64,000 nucleotides of DNA from Somniosus microcephalus (Eukaryota). The notes beneath the pieces are model-generated. The model had not been told where the DNA came from and did no database searches. It worked only from the letters and a program-made list of their open reading frames with translations. Both the position numbers and the translations under genes were made by a program. How positions within the stretch are numbered: the first letter of the stretch is position 1; each line of letters begins with the position of its first letter. The stretch lies in the NCBI GenBank assembly GCA_052327205.1, contig CM126226.1:10974001-11038000 (forward strand), in the 5' to 3' direction. Shown piece after piece: positions 48,031 to 59,422 of the stretch.

Positions 48031-51000
48031 TGTGGTAAACCACTGTTATTGTTGTTCACCGTTGTTGTTGTTGTTGCACACTGTATCTATGCATGCCTCA
48101 GCTGGCTCCGCCCCTGGCTCCACCCACATGCCCAGGTATAAAGGTGACTGCTCTGCAGCCCCCTGCCTTCTTGGAAACCAGTCAACCACGAGAGGCATGC
48201 TCTGTTCTTTGTTAATAAAAGCCTTTTAGTTACTCTCCTAACTCTCCGTCTTTTATGAGTAATTGATAGCGCATCAATTTTATTAACAAAAACAAAATGT
48301 CGGCACCAAACGCTGAGCAGCAGGCGCTGCAGCAAAGGACGGCACCAAACGCTGAGCAGCGGGCGCTGCTGAATGCCCTCAGACCAACATGCCTGGACCT
48401 AGACCCTCAAGAGGCGGGTTCGTCTACCAAGTTCGCACAATGGCTGCGTTGCTTCGAAGCTTACCTGGAAGCCTCAGCCGTGACACTAGATGGAAACAAA
48501 CTAAAAATCCTGGCCTCCAAGGTGGGCCACCAAGTCTACACGCTCATCCAGGACGCGACTACCTACGCGGCGGCTATCAATCTGCTAAAAGGACAATACA
48601 CACGCCCGGTAAATACGGTTTATGCCAGACACCTCCTGAGATCCCACAAACAGCAGTCCGGGGAATCGGTGGAGGCATTCCTACGGGCACTACAGATACT
48701 CGGCCGAGCCTGCGATTGTAAAGAGGTATCGGCCGCGACACACACGGAGGGACTTATCCGAGATGCTTTCGTTGCGGGCCTCAAGTCCGACTACTCCCGG
48801 CAGAGACTGCTGGAGAAGGGCGAAATCGACCTGAAGAAGGCAGTGTCCCTCGCGCTCTCGCTAGACGCGGCCCACCGGAATATGGACGCATTCTCCCCTA
48901 ACCGCTCCGCACAGTGGACGCCACAACCTTGGGTCATGGGACCGCCACCCCCGGCACCAACTGCTGCAGCGATGTCCAAGGGCCCGAAATGTTACTTTTG
49001 TGGCCAGGCAAAACACCCCAGAGCACGCTGCCCGGCGAAAAACGCTACCTGCTCTGGCTGCGGGAAGAAAGGACACTACGCCAGCGCCTGCAAAGGTAAA
49101 ACCGCTAACGCCAGCAGCGCCGCGTGTGAACCGTGGGGGCAGCCATCTTGTCCGCCATCTTGGACACCTCCAGCCGCGTGGGGATCGGGATCATGGGCGC
49201 AGCCATTTTGTCCGCCATCTTGGACGCCTCCAATTCCAATCGCGGGTGACCCGGACTCAACCACCGCCTCGTCTGACGACCACAGCGACTCGCTCGACCA
49301 TACGCTGGCCTCCGTGACGCTGGACCAATCTCTCCCTCACCAACTGTCCAGGTCCATGATGGACATTACGGTAAACGGCCGCGCCACTGCCTGCCTTTTC
49401 GACAGCGGGAGCACGGAGAGCTTTATCCACCCCGACACGGTGCGCAGTTACTCTCTCCCGGTCCTGCCAACGCGCCATCGGATCTCTATGGCTTCCAAAT
49501 CCCATTCAGCAGACGTCGGTGGCTACTGTGTAGTGACCCTTTCAGTAAGGGGCACAGAATACAAACATTTTAAACTTCTTGTCCTGCCCCATCTCTGCGC
49601 TGCCGTTCTACTGGGGTTGGATTTTCAGTGCCACCTTAAAAGTGTCACATTAGCGTACGGCGGACCCCTCCCCCCACTCACAGTCTGCAGCCAGCAGCTT
49701 TTAAATCGCCCGCCGCGCACCATTTGCAGCCTCTCCACGCTTAAAGTCTCCCCCCCCCCCCCCGTTCGCTAACCTCACCCGCGACTGTAAGCCCATCGCT
49801 ACCAAAAGCAGGCGGTACAGTGCCGGGGATAGGAGCTTCATTAAATCCGAAGTAGCAAGACTCCTGAAGGAAGGGATTATTGAGGGTAGCACTAGCCCAT
49901 GGCGAGCACAAGTGGTGGTAGTGAAGACTGGCGAAAAACAGCGCCTAGTTATTGACTACAGCCAGACGATCAATCGCTACACCCAGTTAGATGCATACCC
50001 ACTCCCCCGCATATCTGACATGGTCAATCAGATAACACAATACCGGGTGTTCTCGACGATTGATCTGAAGTCGGCATACCACCAGCTCCCCATCAGGGCT
50101 GAGGACCGCCAGTACACAGCTTTTGAAGCTGACGGTCGTCTCTACCACTTCCTCCGAGTCCCCTTCGGCGTCACCAACGGGGTTTCGGTCTTCCAAAGGG
50201 AGATGGACCGAATGGTTGACCAGAATGTGCTGCAGGCCACCTTCCCCTATCTAGACAACGTCACCATCTGCGGCCACGACCAGCAGGACCATAACGTTAA
50301 CCTAGAGAAATTCCTCCGTACGGCCCAGCGGCTGAATCTAACATACAACAAGGACAAATGTATGTTTCGCACCATGCGCCTCGCCATTCTTGGCTGCGTA
50401 GTGGAGAACGGAGTCATCGGCCCCGACCCCGACAGAATGCGCCCCCTTATGGAGCTCCCACTGCCAAAAAGCACTGAAGAGATGCCTAGGGTTTTTCTCT
50501 TACTATGCTCAGTGGGTGCCCAACTATGCGGACAAAGCCAGACCCCTCATCAAGTCCACCTCCTTCCCCCTGACAGCAGAGGCATGTGCAGCCTTCACTC
50601 TCATAAAAAGAGATATTGCAAAGGCCACAATGCACGCAGTGGATGAGTCCATCCCTTTCCAAGTGGAGAGCGACGCATCCGACTTCGCCCTAGCTGCAAC
50701 CCTTAACCAGGCGGGGAGACCCGTGGCCTTTTTCTCAAGGACCCTCCAGGGCCCCGAGATTCGACACTCCTCTGTCGAAAAGGAGGCCCAGGCCATTGTG
50801 GAAGCGGTGCGACATTGGAGGCATTACCTGGCCGGAAAACGATTTACCCTGCTCACTGACCAGCGTTCAGTAGCTTTTATGTTTAACAATAAGCAGAGGG
50901 GCAAAATCAAGAACGACAAGATCTTGAGGTGGAGAATTGAACTCTCCACCTACAATTACGATATCTTGTACCGGCCCGGGAAACTCAATGAGCCCCCAGA

Positions 51001-52405
51001 TGCCCTATCACATGGTACATGCGCCAACGCGCAGGTTGATAGACTGCAGACCCTCCACAATGACCTCTGCCACCCGGGGGTCACCAGGTTCTTCCATTTC
51101 ATCAAATCCCGTAACCTGCCCTACTCCATCGAGGAGGTCAGGACCATGACCAGGAACTGCCAAATCTGTGCCGAGTGCAAACCGCATTTTTATAGGCCAG
51201 ACAGAGCAAGCCTGATCAAGGCCACTCGCCCCTTCGAGCGCCTGAGCGTCGATTTTAAAGGGCCCCTCCCCTCCTCTGACCGCAACGTGTACTTCCTCAA
51301 CATAATTGATGAGTACTCCCGTTTCCCGTTTGCCATCCCTTGCCCAGACATGACCAGTACCACGGTCATTAAAGGCCTGAATGACCTTTTTGCCTTGTTC
51401 GGCTTCCCTAGCTATATCCATAGCGACCGGGGCTCATCCTTTATGAGCGACGAACTCCGTCAGTACCTGCTCACGAGAGGTATTGCTACAAGCAGAACCA
51501 CCAGCTACAACCCCCAGGGGAACGGCCAGGTGGAAAGAGAGAACGCGACGGTTTGGAAGGCCGTCCTCTTAAACTTAAAACCTAAGGGCCTTCCGACCTC
51601 TCGCTGGCAGGAGGTCCTCCCTGCGGCGCTCCACTCCATTCGGTCACTGCTTTGTACGGCCACCAATGCCACCCCCCATGAAAAAATGTTCACTTTCCCC
51701 AGGAAGTCCACATCGGGGACCTCGCTACCGACATGGCTGACGTCTCCAGGACCCGTCCTACTGCGGAAGCACATGAGGTCCCATAAAACGGACCCCCTGG
51801 TCGAGAGGGTGAGCCTCCTCCACGCCAACCCCCAGTATGCTTACGTGGCGTATCTGGACGGGCGGGAGGACACAGTCTCCATACGAGACCTCGCACCTTC
51901 GGGTGCCCCTGAAACACTACCATTGCCATCCACCACTACCCACAACCCAACCCCTGTAGACGGCATGCCGCAGCCCCAGGACCCGTCATTGACCACCCAA
52001 CCACTCAATGAGACGCCAGATTCAACGTTGGATGCTGCACCATCACCGCCGCCACCACGGCGATCAGGACGGCATACAAGGCCACCTGATAGACTTACTT
52101 ACACGAACCTTTAGTACACTTCACCCCGCCGGACTCAACTTTAAACAAGGGGTGAATGTGGTAAACCACTGTTATTGTTGTTCACCGTTGTTGTTGTTGT
52201 TGCACACTGTTGTATCTATGCATGCCTTAGCTGGCTCCGCCCCTGGCTCCACCCACATGCCCAGGTATAAAGGTGACTGCTCTGCAGCCCCCTGCCTTCT
52301 TGGAAACCAGTCAACCACGAGAGGCATGCTCTGTTCTTTGTTAATAAAAGCCTTTTAGTTACTCTCCTAACTCTCCGTCTTTTATGAGTAATTGACAGCG
52401 CATCA
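48031..52405 (+). mobile_element. Ty3/Gypsy LTR retrotransposon 4 (different lineage; no tRNA PBS)
   Basis: LTRs at 48031-48276 and 52157-52405 (2 substitutions plus a 3-bp indel). TSD CATAC at 48026-48030 and 52406-52410. TATAAA and AATAAA in the LTR; PPT AAGGGGTGAA. Confidence 0.97.
48297..52114 (+). pseudogene. gag-pol with two frameshifts (poly-C at ~49750-49763; ~50470)
   Basis: Two CCHC knuckles (CYFCGQAKHPRARC, CSGCGKKGHYASAC), protease FDSGS, RT (IDLKSAYHQ, PFG, YLDN), RNase H (SDASD), integrase (H-H-C-C, DFKGP, SDRG, VER). Confidence 0.94.
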
Positions 52406-53074
52406 CATACCTAGCACAAAGGATGGTGGTTGGAGGTCAATCATCTCAGCCCCAGGACATCGCTGCAGGAGTTCTTCAGGGCAGTGTCCTAGGCCCAACC
52501 ATCTTCAGCTGCTTCATCAATGACCTTCCCTCCTTTCATCAGGTCATAAGTGGGGATGTTCAGTGATGATTGCACAGTGTTCAGTGCCATTCGCAACTCC
52601 TCAGATAATGAAGCAGTCCATGCCCGCATGCAGCAAGACCTGGACGACATTCAGGCTGTTTCTTGGATAAGACATTCAACATCCTGGGGTTCACCATTGA
52701 CCAGAAACTTAACTGGACCGGCCACATAAATACTGTGGCAACAAGAGCAGGTCAGAGGCTGGGTATTCTGCGGCGAGTGTCTCACCTCCTGACTCCCCAA
52801 AGCCTTTCCACCATCTACAAGGCACATGTCAGGAGTGTGATGGAATGCTCTCCACTTGCCTGGATGAGTGCAGCTGCAACAACACTCCAGAAGCTTGACA
52901 CCATCCAGGACAAAGCAGCCCGCTTGATTGGCACCCCATCCACCACCTTAAACATTCATTCCCTCCACCACTGGCGTACCGTGGCTGCAGTGTGTACCAT
53001 CTACAAGATGCACTGCAGCATCTCGCCAAGGCTTCTTCGGCAGCACCTCCCAAACCCGCGACCTCTTCCACCTA

Positions 53075-53570
53075 TGTAAGAAGTCACACAACACCAGGTT
53101 ATAGTCCAACAGCTTTATTTGAAATCACAAGCTTTCGGAGCATTGCTCCTTCGTCAGGTGAAGTGAAGAGTTGCATATAAGCACAGCATATATAGTCAGA
53201 GAGTACTGCCAGATGATTACAGGTAATCTTTCTAACTGCCCTTTATCACACCTCAGCAGAGAGATAATCACAGGTGTGAATGGTGTCCAGACAGGTCAGT
53301 CAGGAAAACATTACATCAAAGAACAATGAGGTGGGGTCACAAGGGATCAAATGTTACAGATGCTGGGGTCTGTATGAAAAACAAAAAACTATTTTTTTTG
53401 CTGGAAATCACAGCAGGCCTGGCCGCATCTGTGTAGAGAGAACAAGCCAACGACGACTCGAGTCTGGATGACTCTACATCAGGTGGGGTTACATGTTGCG
53501 TGACATGAACCCAAGATCCCGGTTGAGGCCGTCCTCATGAGTGCGGAACTTGGCTATCGGTTTCTGCCGG
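53075..53570 (-). mobile_element. 5'-truncated Penelope-like retroelement with a 12-bp TSD
   Basis: CTCTTCCACCTA is duplicated at 53063-53074 and 53571-53582. The minus strand encodes IAKFRTHEDGLNRDLGFMS, resembling the GIY-YIG C-terminus of PLEs, followed by a tail with hammerhead motifs and AATAAA. Confidence 0.85.
53125..53161 (-). ncRNA. Minimal type I hammerhead ribozyme motif
   Basis: UCAC-CUGACGA-A-GGAGC(AAU)GCUCC-GAA-AGCU-U-GUGA: catalytic core, 5-bp stem II, palindromic loopless stem III, 4-bp stem I. Confidence 0.8.
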
Positions 53571-54589
53571 CTCTTCCACCTAGAAGGACAAGGGCAGCAG
53601 GCGCATGGGAACACCACCACCTCCAAGTTCCCCTCCAAGTCACACACCATCCTGACTTGTAAGTATATCGGCCATTCCTTCATCGTCGCTGGGTCAAAAT
53701 CCTGGAACTGCTTCCCCAACAACACTATGGAGCACCTTCACCACACGGACTGCAGCGGTTCAAGAGGGCAGCTCACCACCACCTTCTCGAGGGCAATTAG
53801 AGATGGCAATAAATGCCGGCCTTGCCAGCGACGCCCACATCCCGAAACGAGTAATAAAAAATAAATCTGTGCAATAGCATCAGGCATTTCCACGCTCTCG
53901 TGCTTCAGATATTGTGGCAGAAAAGCTTCAGCATTTTTTTTTTTTACAGCACTTTAGAACGTGACTTTCCCAGTGTGGTATACTGCTCGTATATCTTTTA
54001 TAGCTTGCAGTGAGTGAAACTGCTGTAATTTAATTGTTCGACTGACATCCCGATGGAGGGGTGTAAAGTTCAAGCTGTTTATGATGGCGAACCGCTCCAT
54101 GGAATTGCCCAGTGCCAGACAATTACTCTGTTTACATTTTCAACTTTCAGTTTTGACTCATTAACCAGTGAACACAGCCAAGGTTAAACCACGACTATGT
54201 TGACCGAGGGTTTCATATAACCAGAGGCAACCAGCCTCCAACACTCCACTCCAAAACACAAACCGAGTGTTGGTATAACTCTGGTTCCTCACTGGGGGCA
54301 AAGCTCAGATGGTAGTTACAGGGCAGCAAGAACCATATAGCACCCAGGGGTCAGTTTAATCAACTAGAACATGCTGGTATCCTTCAAGCCTGCCTCTTTC
54401 TGTTTGATCTATTGATTCATCTCCGCCCACCCTCCCTTCTCTTCCTTCACCCGCTGTACCCCCGCCCCCCTCCCCCGACCACTGAGATGAGTGTCAAGTA
54501 TTAGTAATTGCTCTAACCGTGTGTGGTTGAATGATGTTCACTTGTTTTCAGCAGAAATCTGCTCCCGATGGAGAATAACCTACTACATG

Positions 54590-54930
54590 TAGAATGATGC
54601 AGCGCAGAAGGAGGCCATTCGGCCCATCATGCCTGTGCCGGCTCTTTGAAAGAGCTCTCCAATTAGTCCCACTCCCCTGCCCTTTCCCCGTAAACCTGCA
54701 AATTTTTCCTTTTCAAGTTTATATCTGATTCCCTTTTGAAAGTTACTATTGAATCTGCTTCCACCGCCCTTTCAGGCAGCACATTCCAGATCATAACAAA
54801 TGGTTGCATAAAAAGAAATTCGACCCTCTGGTTATTTTGTCAATTACCTTGAATCTGTGTCCTCTGGTTACCGACCCTCCTGCCAGTGGGAACAGTTTCT
54901 CCATATTTACTCCATCAAAATCCCTCACAA
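54590..54930 (-). mobile_element. CR1 3'-end fragment
   Basis: AGAAGGAGGCCATTCGGCCCATC tail plus degenerate ORF2 C-terminus. Confidence 0.75.
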
Positions 54931-55724
54931 TGTCTGCCCTCTGTTTGGATCCTGATTCAGTCTCCTCTGATGATTGGAGCTCGCATTTTCCAATACGATG
55001 AGACGTGATTCAGTCAATTGCCATCACCAGAGTATCATGGAAGCCATGAAATATTGACACTGCTTTCTCCACTCTGCCACTTCCCCTTCATCTCATAAAT
55101 GCAAAGTCCTCCAACCTCAGCTTTATTACTTGCGCATGACCCTTTCCCAGCTAAGGCCGATTCCATCACCACCTAAGAATACTGATCTTCAGCTGGGTAA
55201 CACACTTCTGCTCATCTCAACTTTTGTTTGCTGTAGTACACTCTTGCCACAACTAGGCCAATCCTCCTTTGCTTCAGTGGTCCCTCTGTTTACTTCTGGG
55301 CAGGTCTCCAAATTATTTCTGTATATTGTGTGTTCCAAAAGCCTCGAGCATCTCCCTCCGGCAGGAATCCGACTCTGGAGCTCATCAACCCATCAGTTGA
55401 CGAGCCTCGTGCATTCTTCTTTTCACATCCCAACTGGTGAGCTAGTTTCTATATTGAGCACCCCCCCTGTTCATGTGCAGGACTAGATAGGGTGTTGTCA
55501 ATTTGCTTGACTGCAGAAGGCATCCCAGACCGCACCAAATCCTGCCATGGGTCCTATTCTTGTGGGGGGGGTCACTGGATATCAATCGAGAGCAGGGAGT
55601 TTGGAGGGGTGTTGAGATCAACTCTTGTACCCTTTAATGCTTTAACTGAGATCCATCAACTCGGCGCAGATTGGGAATCAAACCTGGTCTATATGATTTG
55701 GCCCACCCCTGAGCTATTGGTCGT

Positions 55725-56860
55725 AGAGTCATAACGGCACAGAAGGAGGCCATTCAGCCCATCGAGTCCGTGCCAGCTCTCTGTAAAGCAATCCAGTCAG
55801 TCCCATTCCCCCGCTCTATCCCCGTAGCCCTGCAAGTTTATTTCCCTCAAGTGCCTATCCAGTCTCCCCTTGAAAACATTGTGTGTGTCCGCTTCCACCA
55901 CTTCCGTCGGCAGCGAATTCCAAGCCATAGAAACATAGAAGATAGGAGCAGGAGTAAGCCATTCGGCCCCTCGAGCCTGCTCTGCCATTCAATGAGATCA
56001 TGGCTGATCATCCAAATCCAGTACCCTGTCCCTGCCTTCTCCCCATATCCCTTGATCCCTTTAGCCTTAAGAAAAGTATCCAACTCATTCTTGAATATAT
56101 TTAATGAATTGGCCTCTACTGCCTTCTTTGGGAGAGAATTCCACAGGTTCACCACTCTCTGGGTGAAGAAATTCCTCCTCATCTCAGTCCTAAATGGCTT
56201 ACCCCTTATCCTTAGACTGGTTCTGGACTCCCCGACCATCGGGAACATCCTTCCAGCATCTAGTCTGTCTAGTCCTGTTAGAATTTTATTAAGTTTCAAT
56301 GAGATCCCCTCTCCTTCTTCTAAACTCCAGCGAGTACAAGCCCAATCGACCCAATCTCTCCTCATACATCATTCCTGCCATCCCAGGTATCAGCCTGGTG
56401 AATCTTCGCTGCACTCCTTCCATGGCAAGAACATCCTTCCTCAGATAAGGCGACCAAAACTGCGCACAATACTCCAGATGTGGTCTCACCAAGGCCTTGT
56501 ACAACTGCAGCAAGACATCCTTGTTCCTGTACTCAAACCCTCTCGCTACGAAGGCCAACATACCATTTGCCTTCTTAACCGCCTGCTGCACCTGCATGCT
56601 TACCTTCAGCGACTGGTGCACAAGGACACCCAGGTCTCGTTGCACTTCCCCTTCTCCCAATCTATTGTCATTCAGATAATAATCTGCCTTCCTGTTTTTG
56701 ACACCAAAGTGGATAACCTCGCATTTATCCACGCCCTCACTACTCGCTGTGTAAAAATGTTTTTCCTCACATTTCCCCCCCCCCCCCCCCTCCTGTATCT
56801 CTTGCCCAAAACCTTAAATCTGTGTCCTCTAGTCCTTGTACCATCAACTAGTGGGAACAG
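55725..56860 (-). mobile_element. Older CR1 3' fragment (55725-55925, 56734-56860) with a nested younger CR1
   Basis: Host GAATTCCAAGC|CCTCACTACTCG is split by the nested copy. Confidence 0.8.
55926..56732 (-). mobile_element. CR1 copy 5, 5'-truncated (~800 bp), same subfamily as copies 1 and 3
   Basis: Colinear with 4181-4992; ORF 56289-56732 (DKCEVIHFG...RPHLEYC). Confidence 0.93.
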
Positions 56861-58439
56861 GAATATTTATCATAAATCAAACTCCTATTTAAACACGTTT
56901 ACTCTTCTTGCCTTTATACTTTGGCAGGAGTTTCTGACAGATATTTTACCTTTGCTATCTGTCCTCCCTCACCTCATGGGCTCTTATGCCCCTTGTACCT
57001 CCTCCCTGAGCATGACCTTCAGATCAGTGGAATGTATCGCGTAAAAGACTGGTGGAGAAGATTGGGGCGTTGATGTGAACATCTAGGATGTTGGTGCTGA
57101 GGTGATGTCATCGTAAGACAACAGATATGTTACAATCACAGGAAAGATGGCCTTTATCTGGATCCTGTCAGTGAGGAAAGAAAAACTAACCACATCCTCA
57201 TAGTCCTAGTGACCATGTATTCCGATCAATCGGAGGAACTGGCTCTGTTTTCAGATTGGGATTTCTAGCTCCTGATGACCAGGCTAGCAGCAGTAAATAT
57301 GAACATTGGGACTGTTTTAAAGTTCTTTTTAAACGCCTATTAATAAATATTGAGGGACTAGTTTGTCATTGTTGGAATTTTCAGGAATGTGCAAACTTTT
57401 TCATTCCCTTCCTCCCCATTTAAGATTTGTCTGCACCCGGATATGATGTCTCGGAATGATTCCGTAATACTGCAGTAATTGCTTGTCCGTGCTCCCATAC
57501 GCATTGCTCCTCTGAAATTGCCCCCCCCCCCCCTTTTCTCCTTGGTACCAAGTACTTCACTCTACACTCTTGCTGCTCACTGTGCTGAACTTCAGACTCA
57601 CTGCCACAGATCCTCCTGCTGTCGCCCTTGGACGTAATGAGTGATCACCTGGGCCCACAGCAAAAAGAAAATAGTCAGGAACGATTACTCATCCGACAGA
57701 GCCCACGCCAATCTTTCAGCCGTTTAAATTAGCTTCTCTCTGGGCCTACAGGATCTAACTGATAGAAAGAACTTGCATTTATAGAGCGCCTTTCACAACC
57801 TTAGGAAGTCATTGGTTTTTTTTGTGTTTGAGAGGGTGTTTGGAGGCCAGGACACGAGTTTCTTCCCTACATTACTGCAGCACACTCCAGCTCCCCAGTA
57901 CCCAGCCTTCGGCCTTCCTTCTTTCTGAAGCTTGTTTTTTCTCCCCCTAGTTTTGTTTTGTGTTTTTTGCTGCACCTGCAAGACATTCTCAGCTGTATCC
58001 CTTGTTCCTGTACCGGAATCTGTTGACTGGCTGGAAACCGAGCATTCCAGGGAGTGTTGGGAATCGCAAGGTTTCCTGCGAGTGACTCCCTTCTCGTTGC
58101 TGCTTTGACCCATTATCCTGTGCAGACACGGCTAGTGCAGTGATCGGCACAACAATACACGCCTCGTAACACAGCCACCCTGACAAGACCAGAGGAAATT
58201 TGTGATCTTAATGATTTTGCCCAATTGACGGAGGGGAGCATGAAATGGAAGTGCTACCGTTTGATGTACAGAAGAGCCGTTTGTGAACCTTCTCTGGTTT
58301 TAAGTCTGTTTAAATGGTCAGATCGCTTTGAATGTTCTTCATGGTGGGGGCAGGGGGTTCTTACATTCCAGCTGAAGGCATTTCAGGTCCATGTAAGGAG
58401 ACTCGGTGTAGAGAAGAACCACACTGCTGATCTAGTGTC

Positions 58440-58815
58440 AGCGCATTGAGTTATAAGGGAAGACTGAAGGAACGGGAGGCTGGTTAACCTTGAACGAGAA
58501 TGACTGTGAGGGGCCTTACTGAGGGGGATATTAGATGGTATAGAAAAGGTAAATCGGCAGCACGATTTCAAGGTAACCAAGTAGGACAAGCGGGCATAGG
58601 TTCAAACTGATGAAAAGCAAATTCAGGACTCATGTCCGGGAGAATTTCTTCACACACAATCTAATCTACACTTGGAGACAGAAATGTTTTGACTCATTCA
58701 AACGCTAGTTGGATGCAGTGGTGGTTGGGGGCGGGGGGGGGGTTGGCTGTAGGCTTTCTCTGTCTGGCTGCATGGGCCAAGATGATTGGATGGCCTCCCT
58801 CCTCTGCATTAATCT
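58440..58815 (+). mobile_element. Highly degenerate CR1 3' fragment
   Basis: Remnants of AGGACAAG-GGGCATAG, AATTTCTTCACACA and GGGCCAAGATGATTGGATGGCCTCC. Confidence 0.55.
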
Positions 58816-59422
58816 TGTAACGTTGTAAGCTTTCTGTCTGATCTTTCTCGGTGAGCTGCACCGTCGAGGCCCATCCAGTGAAGCGTGGCACTGCTGACAC
58901 ACCGAGAATGAGCTGGGGAATGAGTGGGGCTGGATTTGGTTCAGTGTGCGTGGAGCTGAAAGAGAGTAAATCCGGAACGGAGGGCGGGCCGTGTCGCAGC
59001 AGATCCGGAGCCTTGTGACTGTGCTGAGTAGTGGGAGGACATTGCAGCTTAACATAGTGCAGCGGGAGACTAAATTTACACAGGCAAACAGCAGGCCTGC
59101 TCTAACGGCTGGTTGTCAGTAATCACATCCTCCACTGGGAGTTTATGAAGATCAGTAGTCGCATGCAAGTGACTTTCACTGGACCTTAGAGCAAATCAGT
59201 GGCATTTTTGAGACAGAAATAAAGAGACACCCCAAAGCGCTTTACAGCCAATAAAGTACTTTTTTTTTTGAAGTGTAGTCACTGTTGTAATGGAAGAAAC
59301 ACGGCATCCATGTTTGCGCACAGCAAGCTCCCGCAAGGACAAGGACTGAGGGTAAGCACACCTCAGCCCCCGCGCTGTTCTCGGTCACGTCTCCACGGTG
59401 ATGCACCGAGCTGAGGTCAGGC

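Larger units (their letters stand above)
46285..53865 (+). mobile_element. Degenerate APE-RT LINE (family B) hosting LTR element 4 and a Penelope-like insertion
   Basis: Endonuclease 46400-47100 (EPTRGKNILDLVL, GDH). RT 47550-48030 (GPDNIP, NYRPISL, LDVKAAFD) resuming at 52411 (QGSVLGP, FSDD). C-terminus 52663-53074. Tail ending AATAAAAAATAAA at ~53865. Confidence 0.9.

Noticed and set aside
49750-49763. Programmed frameshift between protease and RT in element 4
   Set aside because: It falls in a 14-C homopolymer with no canonical slippery heptamer; replication slippage or sequencing error is more likely.
55770-57044. 424-aa ORF and similar antisense ORFs over CR1/Gypsy sequence
   Set aside because: Antisense read-through of CR1 tails; no independent domain.
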